Notes under the pieces: model-generated
Seen by the model: the letters and a program-made list of their open reading frames with translations, nothing else
The model's database searches: none
What the model was told of the DNA's origin: nothing
Source: a virus
DNA: 64,000 nucleotides
IMG/VR virus record: IMGVR_UViG_3300036828_000667
Span: 32,001 to 96,000 of that record
Reading direction: 5' to 3' (one strand)
Part shown: positions 1-9,271 of the stretch, in pieces
How the letters are laid out: each line of letters opens with the position of its first letter
Numbering within the stretch: position 1 is the stretch's first letter
Translations under genes and position numbers: made by a program

Positions 1-212
1 CTCCCACCGACCGGGCTTAGGATGAATAGTCAAAGGGACATGAGTTCGCCAGCAAATGACGATATGAGTATTATTCGTAGTGAAACATTTAGGACACTTG
101 AAAAGAATGCCATCACTATCGACTACCAACGTACTTGAAATACAACGCCAAGCCTCCTCGGATTCCAACTTTATAAATTCCGGCTCTAAATCAGTTAGTT
201 TCACAGCTTAAC

Positions 213-1670
213 CTAGTGATACCGCCAACTAGCGCCGTCACACAAAACAGATGATATCGTCGATCCAGTCGTACCTACCGCTGCATTATATGTAGGTGAT
301 GCAACTCCATTAGAAATCTTGACAGCTTGTCCAATAAGAGCCGCCGAAGGTGTTGGCAAAGATGCTATCGTATATAGATACTCTGGATAATTTCCATATA
401 TTAAATGATTTGTACCACTATTAACGATATTATTACCAAGGTTCGAAAACGTATTACCAGTGATCAAGACCTTAGTTGAACCCGACTGTAGAAATATACC
501 TGTCCCCGCTGGCGTAGAATCTGAATTATAGAATACATTTCCTGATATCACACTTGACCATGTAACTGCTTCCTGCACAGCTACTCCATTATTGGTACTG
601 CCATTATGAAGTATAACGAAAACATTGTTGATGATTGAGAACCCCCCTATTCCTACCTCCAGAGCAATTCCAACTGAATTGGCAGGGTCCATATAAAACG
701 TACTTCCGTTAATAGTTACTTGCGACATAGATGATTCTAAACGAACACCACCTCCATTACTACCACCAGCATTAAATTGACAGCCGACAACAGCTAGCTC
801 GGCTTGGTTTACTAACCCGGGTGGCGCACGAATACCGTAAGTAACGCCTGTAAAATTACAGGAAGTAAACGCAAGTCCTTGGGTATAATTTCCGTATACT
901 ACTCCAGTACCTAGTAAGTTAAAGGTTGATCCAATAAAGTTATGAGCAACTGGAAACGTTGATGAAGTACCTTGTACGATAACACCCGTGCCGAGAGTCT
1001 GCCATAAACTAGGCGGCCCTGGTCCGTGGAAAATATCCCCTATCCAATTGATATTATTCAATCCATTAATGATTACACCTGTAGTCCAATAGTTAGGACC
1101 AATCGAGTAGCCACCATTACCACGTACAGCAATTCCAGATATCTCACTTACCGGACCATAGCCAGGAGTCGAAGTAGCCTGTCCCTGATTCACCTGGATA
1201 GCGTATCCTCCAGATGCTCCAGCAGTACCAGTGGTAATCGAGAAATCCTTGAAGTGAATACTATTCTGTTGGCTTTGCAGATTGATATTAAATCCAATCC
1301 CAACAGTTGGGAATGTCAACTCAGTTGCTTCGGCTCCATCACCAACAATCACCAAGCTATCTGTAGATGAAGTAGTAGACCAAGTATTCGGTGTTGTTGA
1401 GAACAGATACTTTCCAGCTGGAAAGTAGATACACTTACCTGTAGTAGAAGCAGGAAATCCAGCTATGGCAGCATTATATGCTGGAGTATTGTCCGTTAAG
1501 TTATCTCCTTTACCTCCATAAGCAGTAATATCTACACGTTTTTGATCAAGCAAGATAGCCGAAGAGTTCACTATATCATGCAGAATACCTCTAACAGCAA
1601 CAGCGGTGTTAGCTTGACCAGAAGGAAGATTAGTGTCAATCTCAGAATTAAGCGCTGATTGTGACTTCAC
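213..1670 (-). CDS. Tailspike / pectate-lyase-like parallel beta-helix protein (putative depolymerase)
   Basis: N-terminal 'VDITAYGGKGDNLTDNTPAYNAAI...IYFPAGKY' Pectate_lyase_3-type motif; repeated 'I.GN.F' beta-helix rungs; C-terminal 'VLCDGASW' tail-fibre-like motif. Confidence 0.75.
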   Translation of the reverse strand: MKSQSALNSEIDTNLPSGQANTAVAVRGILHDIVNSSAILLDQKRVDITAYGGKGDNLTDNTPAYNAAIAGFPASTTGKCIYFPAGKYLFSTTPNTWSTTSSTDSLVIVGDGAEATELTFPTVGIGFNINLQSQQNSIHFKDFSITTGTAGASGGYAIQVNQGQATSTPGYGPVSEISGIAVRGNGGYSIGPNYWTTGVIINGLNNINWIGDIFHGPGPPSLWQTLGTGVIVQGTSSTFPVAHNFIGSTFNLLGTGVVYGNYTQGLAFTSCNFTGVTYGIRAPPGLVNQAELAVVGCQFNAGGSNGGGVRLESSMSQVTINGSTFYMDPANSVGIALEVGIGGFSIINNVFVILHNGSTNNGVAVQEAVTWSSVISGNVFYNSDSTPAGTGIFLQSGSTKVLITGNTFSNLGNNIVNSGTNHLIYGNYPEYLYTIASLPTPSAALIGQAVKISNGVASPTYNAAVGTTGSTISSVLCDGASWRYH

Positions 1671-1714
1671 TGCATAAGCTCATTAGACCTGTACCTGTGA
1701 CTTCGATAGGAGTT

Positions 1715-2278
1715 TCAAGGTGCGGCTTCATATACGCCAGAAGCCACAAATTCATATGGAGGAATAATATTAAACATAAGACCAATAGCAGACGGACTCG
1801 TCAAACCAGGAACAATCGCTATCGCAGTAGCATTAGCTCTAGCTATTCCAAACAACGCATTCCATTGAGAGTCGTCAGCACTGCCTGTAGCATGATAAAC
1901 TGCACTCGTAGAAAACATGAAGTTAGTCTTAACAGGCAAATCTACATACGCGTTGCTAACCCAGTTAGCACTTCGAGGTCCACTAACCTGGACTACAAAT
2001 TCAAAGCATATTGTAGTACCTAGCTTTCTATATCTGCCAATAGCCGTATAGATTATACCAGTAGCTAATGTACCTGTACCAGCAGAATTCCTATATCCAA
2101 ACATCGTAGGAGTATACGATTGCCAAGGAGCAAAGTTACCATCAATTGTAAGATCACCGTGTATGTGTACATTCTTTCGAACTAGTAAGTTTCGATTTAC
2201 ATTGAGATCCAGGAAAGGATGTGTCTGCTCGCTAGCCCCTGGTTGGGTCCATGAGGGTCGCCAACCCTTAGTTGACAT
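1715..2278 (-). CDS. Putative tail fibre/virion protein
   Basis: 'WQSYTPT...GRYRKLGTTICFEF...DLPV' pattern typical of phage tail-fibre C-terminal domains; adjacent to tailspike. Confidence 0.5.
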   Translation of the reverse strand: MSTKGWRPSWTQPGASEQTHPFLDLNVNRNLLVRKNVHIHGDLTIDGNFAPWQSYTPTMFGYRNSAGTGTLATGIIYTAIGRYRKLGTTICFEFVVQVSGPRSANWVSNAYVDLPVKTNFMFSTSAVYHATGSADDSQWNALFGIARANATAIAIVPGLTSPSAIGLMFNIIPPYEFVASGVYEAAP

Positions 2279-2435
2279 AACCGCTCACCACACCTAACCC
2301 CAAGGGGAGGCTCTGGACGGGCTTTCCCGTGGCCCTGTGGGGGGTAGCTGGGGAGCCGGAAATCTGCACTGGCGGGCTTCTAAGCAGAGCCTGGACCCAC
2401 TTGCCATCCAATAGATCCATGGGGTAAGAACAATA

Positions 2436-2515
2436 TGCATACCGCCCCTCTCCAGGCCGCTGCACGGCATACCGAACCGCCCCTGCCCTGACCAAAGCAC
2501 ACCGCACCATACTTT
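2436..2515 (+). ncRNA. Pentamer-code unit (NCC/NGC-NN)n, stand-alone
   Basis: TGCAT ACCGC CCCTC TCCAG GCCGC TGCAC GGCAT ACCGA ACCGC CCCTG CCCTG ACCAA AGCAC ACCGC ACCAT ACTTT; upstream TTGCCA(2401)-N18-TAAGAA(2425). Confidence 0.75.
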
Positions 2516-2537
2516 CTCCCTTTTTCATCACCCAACT

Positions 2538-2906
2538 TTATTCCTTTTTATTGAGACAAGCCTTGTCATCAGGGTATCGGCCACAGAAAGCTTTTGCTTG
2601 TTCCATGATCCAATCACGTCCCTGGTCTTGTGACATATCTTTCCAGCTTTTAGTAACTGTCACGGTCTTAGTTCTGTATTGAATAGTAGGTTTAGGAGTA
2701 GGCTTAGGTTCACGGTATTCACGCTCACGATGATGAACTATCGGTCTGGTAGTATGGTGTCTTGGTTCAGATGTTGGCTGTCGTTCCCGATACTCAGGTT
2801 GCTGAAACGACTGCCAGCAGCCCCACATCCACTGTGGACAGTTCTGGGCGTGAACTGGGCTGACCCCAAACAGGATGAAGACAATAGCTCCGATGACTAC
2901 TTTCAT
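2538..2906 (-). CDS. Hypothetical secreted protein
   Basis: N-terminal signal peptide (MKVVIGAIVFILFGVSPVHA). Confidence 0.55.
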   Translation of the reverse strand: MKVVIGAIVFILFGVSPVHAQNCPQWMWGCWQSFQQPEYRERQPTSEPRHHTTRPIVHHREREYREPKPTPKPTIQYRTKTVTVTKSWKDMSQDQGRDWIMEQAKAFCGRYPDDKACLNKKE

Positions 2907-3014
2907 TTACTCACCAATCTGTCTTCAACCAAAGAAAAAGTAGATAAGCAAAAGAGCCAACACCACAAAAAACAATATAGGAAAAAAAATCGGATTATAG
3001 TTCATCTTATAATC

Positions 3015-3308
3015 CTAGCTCCCTATGATCTTCCACGCGGTTCCGTTATAATAAACTAAAACATGGTTTGACCCACCACCAACCACAACAGTCGAAACAG
3101 TAGTAACTGTCGCATCGGTCACAGGCATGACCATGCCCTCACTTGGTCCTACAGGTAAACCTGACACTAACCCAGCTACAGGAAAATCACATGTATTCAT
3201 ATTATGAAGAGTAGCTTTAAGCCCAGTAACATTAGTACTGGCGTAAATGTTTGGCGTAACGTTAGCTTCGATTTGTCCATCGATATCAGACTTTAGAAAA
3301 GCAGCCAT
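3015..3308 (-). CDS. Small tail-fibre-related protein
   Basis: C-terminal 'VLVYYNGTAWKIIG'; N-terminus resembles N-terminus of the 213-1670 tailspike. Confidence 0.55.
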   Translation of the reverse strand: MAAFLKSDIDGQIEANVTPNIYASTNVTGLKATLHNMNTCDFPVAGLVSGLPVGPSEGMVMPVTDATVTTVSTVVVGGGSNHVLVYYNGTAWKIIGS

Positions 3309-3509
3309 CTAGGTCTCCTTTTGTTGAGTCACGATCTTGGTGATTTCTCTAACAATCGAATGGTATGGACTACCATCATATTCTTCATTGAACTGATTAC
3401 TCAGTCCAACTGCCTCTTCTTTCGAATACGGTCCCTGACAGTTCATCACAGGTTTACTATCAGTATCATGATCAATAATGAGAATAACAAAAGCTGTTTC
3501 CAGTTTCAT
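3309..3509 (-). CDS. Hypothetical protein
   Basis: Tightly packed ORF in a minus-strand operon. Confidence 0.45.
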   Translation of the reverse strand: MKLETAFVILIIDHDTDSKPVMNCQGPYSKEEAVGLSNQFNEEYDGSPYHSIVREITKIVTQQKET

Positions 3510-3512
3510 GAT

Positions 3513-3953
3513 TTAGAAGTCCGCCCCCTGACACTCAATATCTATTTCTTTACCAGTACTTACAGCAGCAATCATACATCTGACCTGGAGAAGATCAGTT
3601 GGATTGAGAAACACAAAAGCCTGGCCAGTTTCGTCTAGTGGCAATGCTGATATGGAATTGAGTAGACTTACCGAAGGTACTGTGCCAATATATCCAGCAT
3701 TGGCTGGGACAGTCACAGTCCCAAGAGGTGTGAAGCCTACTGAGGAGGAGCCTTGATCTGTGATCCCAATCTGAATATCGTGTGCAGACGTATCGTTGTT
3801 GGACGCAATCACAGCATATACTTTGGTAGGGGCTGTACTTCCATTGGTAATTCCACCTAGAGCAACAGTAACTAGATTAAGAGCACTGGTGGGAAGTATC
3901 TTCCCTTTCTGACTCCAAGGAGTCTGTAACGCTGTTGGGACCATATTAACCAT
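3513..3953 (-). CDS. Putative virion structural protein
   Basis: Beta-rich, small-residue composition; GGAG RBS; context among tail genes. Confidence 0.5.
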   Translation of the reverse strand: MVNMVPTALQTPWSQKGKILPTSALNLVTVALGGITNGSTAPTKVYAVIASNNDTSAHDIQIGITDQGSSSVGFTPLGTVTVPANAGYIGTVPSVSLLNSISALPLDETGQAFVFLNPTDLLQVRCMIAAVSTGKEIDIECQGADF

Positions 3954-3997
3954 TAAAGTATCTCCATCTGTTTCAATTTACAGTTGGACTTTTTCAA

Positions 3998-4285
3998 TCA
4001 TGCGAGCCAAATCTCACTCCTATTGTCTAAGGTAATAAGCCCGCTATTAGAGATTGCTTCAATACGATGATATCCAAAAGAATACTTATCGTTTATTGGA
4101 TAACTGGGACAATCAATCTGATTAGAAGTAATCGTAATCCAGTCTCCGGCGTTGAAACCAGACGGAAGAACTGGTACCTTGTCTAGAACTATCTTCTTTA
4201 CAGGCATCAGGGAGCTTGCCCTGACAATAGCAGGAGCTACGAAGAGAGATCCCAATCCAATAAGAAGAGAACGACGAGCAATCAT
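3998..4285 (-). CDS. Small protein with twin-arginine (Tat)-like signal
   Basis: MIARRSLLIGLGSLFVAPAIVRASSLMPV. Confidence 0.55.
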   Translation of the reverse strand: MIARRSLLIGLGSLFVAPAIVRASSLMPVKKIVLDKVPVLPSGFNAGDWITITSNQIDCPSYPINDKYSFGYHRIEAISNSGLITLDNRSEIWLA

Positions 4286-4327
4286 GGCCTTTCCTTACAA
4301 CATTAGAAGAACCTTACCGGCATAACG

Positions 4328-4900
4328 TCATGCGCCTAAGACTTTACGCATTCGTTTTTTAAACTCAGGTTGTTTCAATCTAGCCTGATAATGCGTTATT
4401 GCATTTGGATTTTCAAAAGTATGAACACGATGAAGATTTTCAGGGTCATAAATAATATGAGAGAAGGAGCCTACATCCTCTTCCTGATTTTTATAACGTA
4501 CCGAAGATATCCCTTTATTCTTAAGCAACCTTCCAACAATAGAGTCATGATCATGAGGATGATTTTTAAGACTAGCCTGAAGATTCTCATGTTCATTCTT
4601 GGTAATCGTACCCATAGAGTGTAATTTTTTGACAATATGAGGAGCAGGAGATTCATCTCCCCAGGTGTCTTCAACGTCAATAGACTTACCTGACGGTTTA
4701 TATTTGTAAGCACGAATCTCAGTATCATGCCTACTCCCAACACCTTGGATTATATTTTTTGCTGCATCAATCGATCCAAAATGTGATCCAGGATTGGGAG
4801 CACCAAACTTCTTATATGTCCCGTGATAAAGGAGGGTGTCCCAAGAAGATTCGGCTAGTCTAGCATCTACTAAACTACGAATGATGTCTATCGTTCCCAT
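4328..4900 (-). CDS. ADP-ribosyltransferase-like protein
   Basis: 'LYHGT', 'HFGSIDAA' and 'GISSVRYKNQEE...SHIIYDPEN' motifs resemble phage ART (ART-PolyVal-like) domains. Confidence 0.5.
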   Translation of the reverse strand: MGTIDIIRSLVDARLAESSWDTLLYHGTYKKFGAPNPGSHFGSIDAAKNIIQGVGSRHDTEIRAYKYKPSGKSIDVEDTWGDESPAPHIVKKLHSMGTITKNEHENLQASLKNHPHDHDSIVGRLLKNKGISSVRYKNQEEDVGSFSHIIYDPENLHRVHTFENPNAITHYQARLKQPEFKKRMRKVLGA

Positions 4901-6055
4901 TTACCGCTCCTGTCAACTTAGGACCGATGGAGATCTTGGTAACTCTATGTTATGTTACCTTCCCCAGTTTCTTACTGTAATACAGAACGATATGACAGCC
5001 AATGCAATGGCTAGACAGATTTTGTATACAGTCCAATCCAGATTGGTGTCGCGGACTACATCCAACATACTAGAAAAGCAGAATGCGAGAGCGAGGATCA
5101 TACCTATGACTGCTACACGCTCTCTATACAGAATGACACTATCCTGCCTTGTCATATACGAGTCTGACTGTTCCATGGCCAATCAACCTATGATAATTGA
5201 TCAAACCCTCTCTTACTAACTCTAACTTATCGAAGGATAGTATCTGTTCGGCAATCACCAGTTTCTTCCCAAAGTCAACGTATATAACATCCGAGGTAGA
5301 TACGAATGGTTTTTGATCACACACTTTCGTCGTCCAGAAATTTGAGCTTTGGTAATGTTGGTTTCTTCTTATTCCTTCTCCCAGATGAGAGCCCTTCATT
5401 CGCACGAAGAATTTTAAGAACATAAAGATCTTTTTTTGATATGAATCCATAGTCAGGGTAGATCCCATGTCTTTCTCGAAATGCATTAATCCTATTCATT
5501 CCGTCCTGAGATACATACTTATTGCGATGACGCCTGTGAATACTAAGCGTTGACTCTGTTGGCTTTAAAAAAGGAACTGAGCACTTCCTAGGACCAATCT
5601 GGTCCAGACCAGCTTTAAGGTTCTTAGACATGGGGATCACACACTTTCATTGAAATCCTTCTGCGGTCCTCTCTGTCTTTTCGGCTGACCATATTGCCGT
5701 ATAGCAATATCACTAACTGTAGCTATATTGGTGTTGTGTATCCTAGCAATATTCCTAAGAAGTTCCTTGTTAGAATACCTTTTGACTATATCGTGTTTTT
5801 CACTATCAGTGAATTTACGCACTCGTCTGAACTTCTTGACGTAAGGCATGCTAGCTCTCGTCTGGTAGTTTAAGCTTGTCCCTTCTGGCCATCACTTTGA
5901 TTGTTTTAGCGATAAGAGGTACATCCTCAGGCGAACAGTTCAGTTTCTCTAATGCTCTTCTGAAATAATGATCGAAGTGACTGTGGTGAATACCAGTTAG
6001 CCTACATATTCTCGCTTTGTAAGCTTTGTTGAGATTAAGGGACATTGTTACAGCC

Positions 6056-6571
6056 TTATTGAGACCGGTAGCCCAGCTGATCAAGTCTACTCGATATGTT
6101 ACTGTAGACAAGATTGTCGATACCCGTAATATAGTCCAGCGTTTTGTTATGACAGTTGAAAGCGAACACACGCCATGTAACCTTATTAGTTAAGGCTAAT
6201 AGATCGGTCCCGAAGACCTCGACAAAGGATAGGAACAGACTAGCGTTATCAGACTTAGCACTATAGTATTGGCTTAAGACAAACTCATCAAACTCCTCCG
6301 AAAAAGCGGAGAACACCTTCAGAGCAAAACTAGAAATATCAGGAGTGTTATCAGGAACACGGATATCGACTGGGATATCTAGCTTATAGATAAGAGGTGC
6401 AGCCTTATCAAGACCATCTATCTCAGCTTCTTTGAGAGAGATACCACGAGAAACTGGGGAAAGGAATAACCTGCAATCAGCCTTGTCAAGGATCAAAGAG
6501 AGTTCATCGATCTCGGTGTAATCTGTAATTACAGTACCATCAGAAAACTGTACGACTTTATTACAACTCAT
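6056..6571 (-). CDS. Hypothetical protein
   Basis: 171-aa ORF overlapping neighbours in an operon. Confidence 0.5.
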   Translation of the reverse strand: MSCNKVVQFSDGTVITDYTEIDELSLILDKADCRLFLSPVSRGISLKEAEIDGLDKAAPLIYKLDIPVDIRVPDNTPDISSFALKVFSAFSEEFDEFVLSQYYSAKSDNASLFLSFVEVFGTDLLALTNKVTWRVFAFNCHNKTLDYITGIDNLVYSNISSRLDQLGYRSQ

Positions 6572-7077
6572 TCCGATCTAGTCTCAGTACAAGCATAAGG
6601 TCCAGCTATACGATTAGCTGCCTCAACATAAGCTTGATGCGCTTCGTCTGGCGTATTAAATGTACCAAGACAAATGTATTTATTATCACGCTTGATTCTA
6701 GCCTGCCATCTATTACCGTTAGCCACTACACCTTTCAGTCCACTGGTAGTATTCTTACGCACACTGTTATAACGATTTTGCGAAGTAGTTGCTGGACGTA
6801 GGTTTGTCCAAATATTATTTGCCTTATTCCTATCTTTGTGATCAATTTCATCTTCTGGCCATTCTCCTTTCATCCACAACCAGATGATACGATGTACCTT
6901 ATAATCCTGTCCTTGATATCTAACTACCACATATCCGAACTTATGAATACGACCTGCCTTAGATCCTATAGGAGTGTTCTTCCTAGGCCTTATTGTCCAG
7001 ATCAGATCACCGGTCAATGGATTGTAATGAAAAATCTCTCTGACAGTATCTGCTGTCAGATCATTTACATATTCCAT
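6568..7077 (-). CDS. HNH homing endonuclease with AP2 domain
   Basis: 'VHRIIW...IDHKDRNKANN..NLR' HNH motif plus 'SGLKGV...WQARI...LGTFNTPDEAHQAY' AP2 motif. Confidence 0.9.
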   Translation of the reverse strand: MEYVNDLTADTVREIFHYNPLTGDLIWTIRPRKNTPIGSKAGRIHKFGYVVVRYQGQDYKVHRIIWLWMKGEWPEDEIDHKDRNKANNIWTNLRPATTSQNRYNSVRKNTTSGLKGVVANGNRWQARIKRDNKYICLGTFNTPDEAHQAYVEAANRIAGPYACTETRSE

Positions 7078-7098
7078 ATTCTGTTTTTCCTCTGATGG

Positions 7099-7269
7099 TC
7101 AATCACGGATGAAACGCTGGATGACAAGTTGATTATTTGACAAGGATGCTTTATACCTACCGTCATCGCCAATCTTTTCACAGATTTGACGAGCCTCAGA
7201 ATCAGTAACACTGTCCTCCTTGATCCCAAGTTGAACTTTAGTCACGTGATCCGCTGACACTAGCACCAT
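7099..7269 (-). CDS. 56-aa hypothetical protein, paralog of the C-terminus of 7402-7920
   Basis: Read manually: MVLVSADHVTKVQLGIKEDSVTDSEARQICEKIGDDGRYKASLSNNQLVIQRFIRD. Confidence 0.55.
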   Translation of the reverse strand: MVLVSADHVTKVQLGIKEDSVTDSEARQICEKIGDDGRYKASLSNNQLVIQRFIRD

Positions 7270-7314
7270 GACCTAACATCCCTCTTGACTTTCAGACTGA
7301 CCTATGCTCACATC

Positions 7315-7386
7315 ACCACTTCACCCCGAACCGACCCGAACCATGCCACCCCGATCTGCACCCGTCCGCTCCATACCACACTTTTT
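7315..7386 (+). ncRNA. Pentamer-code unit, stand-alone
   Basis: ACCAC TTCAC CCCGA ACCGA CCCGA ACCAT GCCAC CCCGA TCTGC ACCCG TCCGC TCCAT ACCAC ACTTTTT; upstream TTGACT at 7285 (weak -10). Confidence 0.75.
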
Positions 7387-7401
7387 ATATCACACATATA
7401 T

Positions 7402-7920
7402 TCATTCGGCGGACCACTGGATGATAAGCTTGTCGTTAGATAGACCAGCCTTGAAACTGCGATTATTGGCGATTTGTTCGACTATCTGTCTGGCACGAAC
7501 AATGGTCACTTCTTTTTCCATGATTCCTAAAGCTTCACGAATAGACTTACCTACCCGCACCTTAATCATACCACTACTCCTTGTCGTGCCATCCGAATTC
7601 AACCTACGTCTCCACTCAAGATTACTAGGACGGTTATCAAACCTAATATCATTCAGATGTTTAGCCATATACCCAGGTTTTTTAACCTGTCCAGTGAACG
7701 CAGATAATATAAACCAATGAGAAAGGTAACGACGATAGTGTTTTATAACTACCAAATAACCATCAGGGGTAAGAGTTTGTATTCTAAGTTCTGTCTTCTC
7801 TACGACTCTATGGCCAACGATACCACCCGGTAACACTCTAATACGACCATGATCAGAAGCTTGGTGATAAGGCCAATCTGGAATGTCTTTCCAGATCTCA
7901 CCCTTGTGTCCCCGAATCAT
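7402..7920 (-). CDS. NUMOD4/HNH endonuclease (degenerate) fused to a small phage domain
   Basis: 'EIWKDIPDWPYHQASDHGRIR' NUMOD4; 'KHLNDIRFDNRPSNLEW' HNH. Confidence 0.7.
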   Translation of the reverse strand: MIRGHKGEIWKDIPDWPYHQASDHGRIRVLPGGIVGHRVVEKTELRIQTLTPDGYLVVIKHYRRYLSHWFILSAFTGQVKKPGYMAKHLNDIRFDNRPSNLEWRRRLNSDGTTRSSGMIKVRVGKSIREALGIMEKEVTIVRARQIVEQIANNRSFKAGLSNDKLIIQWSAE

Positions 7921-8137
7921 CTTTCATACTCATGGGGGGGGGTTCCGTATCACACCATTCGGAGTGAGCATGTAATAGATCACTCTCGGCTCGTGTGAAG
8001 AATATCGTCCCACCAAGGTCACGACCTAACAATTTCTCTGCTTCGTCCCGTGGAATGTAACCTATCGGCTTTTTGTCGTCATCGGTCGCAAAGACAGAGT
8101 TCTTCCAACTCTTTTCAATAACTAGCCATTCTCTCAT
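7898..8137 (-). CDS. Hypothetical protein
   Basis: ORF with GGGG-type RBS, operon packing. Confidence 0.45.
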   Translation of the reverse strand: MREWLVIEKSWKNSVFATDDDKKPIGYIPRDEAEKLLGRDLGGTIFFTRAESDLLHAHSEWCDTEPPPMSMKDDSGTQG

Positions 8138-8180
8138 CGGTCACCCCTTGACTTCCAAACCAACCCATGCTTACGTGACC

Positions 8181-8229
8181 GTCTATCCCATCCGAACCAG
8201 TCCAATCCTATCCTATGCACACCGCACAG
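8181..8229 (+). ncRNA. Pentamer-code unit, stand-alone
   Basis: GTCTA TCCCA TCCGA ACCAG TCCAA TCCTA TCCTA TGCAC ACCGC ACAG; TTGACT(8148)-N18-TACGTG(8172); hairpin follows. Confidence 0.75.
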
Positions 8230-8264
8230 AATGACCTAAGAGAAATCTTAGGTCATTCGCTTTT
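8229..8264 (+). terminator. Hairpin with GAAA tetraloop after pentamer unit
   Basis: GAATGACCTAAGA-GAAA-TCTTAGGTCATTC (perfect 13-bp stem) followed by GCTTTT. Confidence 0.75.
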
Positions 8265-8476
8265 CAATCAGTGTCATAACCATCTGCGCTATAGTAGTTA
8301 TTTTCGTGGTACGGACACTCTTCTCTCATGAGAGCTAAGCAACGGCGAATAGATGCACTGCTTGTCCCATAGGACTCAACCACGTGGTCGCACCTTGAAC
8401 AAGTAACCTTGACACTGGGAACTTCCCCGTGATCACCTTCCAATTCGATTTCATCTATGGTACATTTTACCTTCAT
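8264..8476 (-). CDS. Hypothetical Cys-containing protein
   Basis: CSRC and RRCL..MREECP motifs. Confidence 0.5.
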   Translation of the reverse strand: MKVKCTIDEIELEGDHGEVPSVKVTCSRCDHVVESYGTSSASIRRCLALMREECPYHENNYYSADGYDTD

Positions 8477-8728
8477 GGCGCATCGTCAGGCCAGTATTTG
8501 AACTGGTTCCTAGATTGCCAATTATATATAGGTTGCCAGATCCCAATCTTCGCTAGTAGCTTCAAATACAATGGAGCGGCAGCATGACAAGCAACTAGCA
8601 TCTGATCGTAATGATCGTTGTGAGCCTTGATCCGGTCAAGAAAGGGAGTCTCTCCCTTCGTATGTTCACCGATTGATCCCATATCCCCCTCCACTTGACT
8701 CACAAAGATTATTTGGCTACTATCCAAA

Positions 8729-8781
8729 CGCGAGCCAAACCGGTCCACTCCACGCCCCTCCTTCGCTTACCGATCCACACA
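8729..8781 (+). ncRNA. Pentamer-code unit, stand-alone
   Basis: CGCGA GCCAA ACCGG TCCAC TCCAC GCCCC TCCTT CGCTT ACCGA TCCAC ACA; promoter TTGACT(8695)-N17-TACTAT(8718). Confidence 0.75.
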
Positions 8782-8811
8782 GAATGGCCTGAGAGAAATC
8801 TTGGGCCATTC
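8782..8811 (+). terminator. Hairpin with GAAA tetraloop, homolog of the 8229 hairpin
   Basis: GAATGGCCTGAGA-GAAA-TCTTGGGCCATTC; 13 bp including two G.U pairs on the + strand. Confidence 0.7.
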
Positions 8812-8920
8812 GCTATTCCATTGCCTTCACGGTAAAGATTTCGTCAACCTGACCACCACACGTGCAAGGCCAGTATCTCATAATTTAGCATTTGCGTTCA
8901 CCACAAACCTTCGTCATTGT

Positions 8921-9196
8921 CTAATTCACGTTTCTGTCCACCACAATCGGGACGTTATCCAGGTCACGAGTAAGTCTAATCGTATCGTAAAAATCTCGTT
9001 CCTCGTCATCCGTAAGTGTATTACCAAACTCTCCATGTGCCAAACCAAGCTCGAATGAGTCAAGTAGTTCTGTCTTACCAAACTTCTCTACTATGTGTGC
9101 AACAACACGGTCTTTCATAGCATCGCTACCTGAGGAAAGTCGGATGAACTTTTCCCAGGTTTCGAAAGATACCATATGGCCGTACAGGTGCATCAC
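8921..9196 (-). CDS. Hypothetical protein
   Basis: 91-aa ORF in a minus-strand cluster. Confidence 0.4.
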   Translation of the reverse strand: MMHLYGHMVSFETWEKFIRLSSGSDAMKDRVVAHIVEKFGKTELLDSFELGLAHGEFGNTLTDDEERDFYDTIRLTRDLDNVPIVVDRNVN

Positions 9197-9271
9197 TCAC
9201 TGTAGCACACAGCACAACCATGTCCAGAGACTTGACACCTAGCTATGGAATGCTTGAACTACGCACCGTCG

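Noticed and set aside
2268-2531. ORFs overlapping dispersed units (also 7304-7720, 14984-15426, the N-termini of 13600 and 20368, 30643-30876, 31271-31519)
   Set aside because: They are translations of the pentamer units (G/W/R/C- or P/T-rich) and have no credible RBS.
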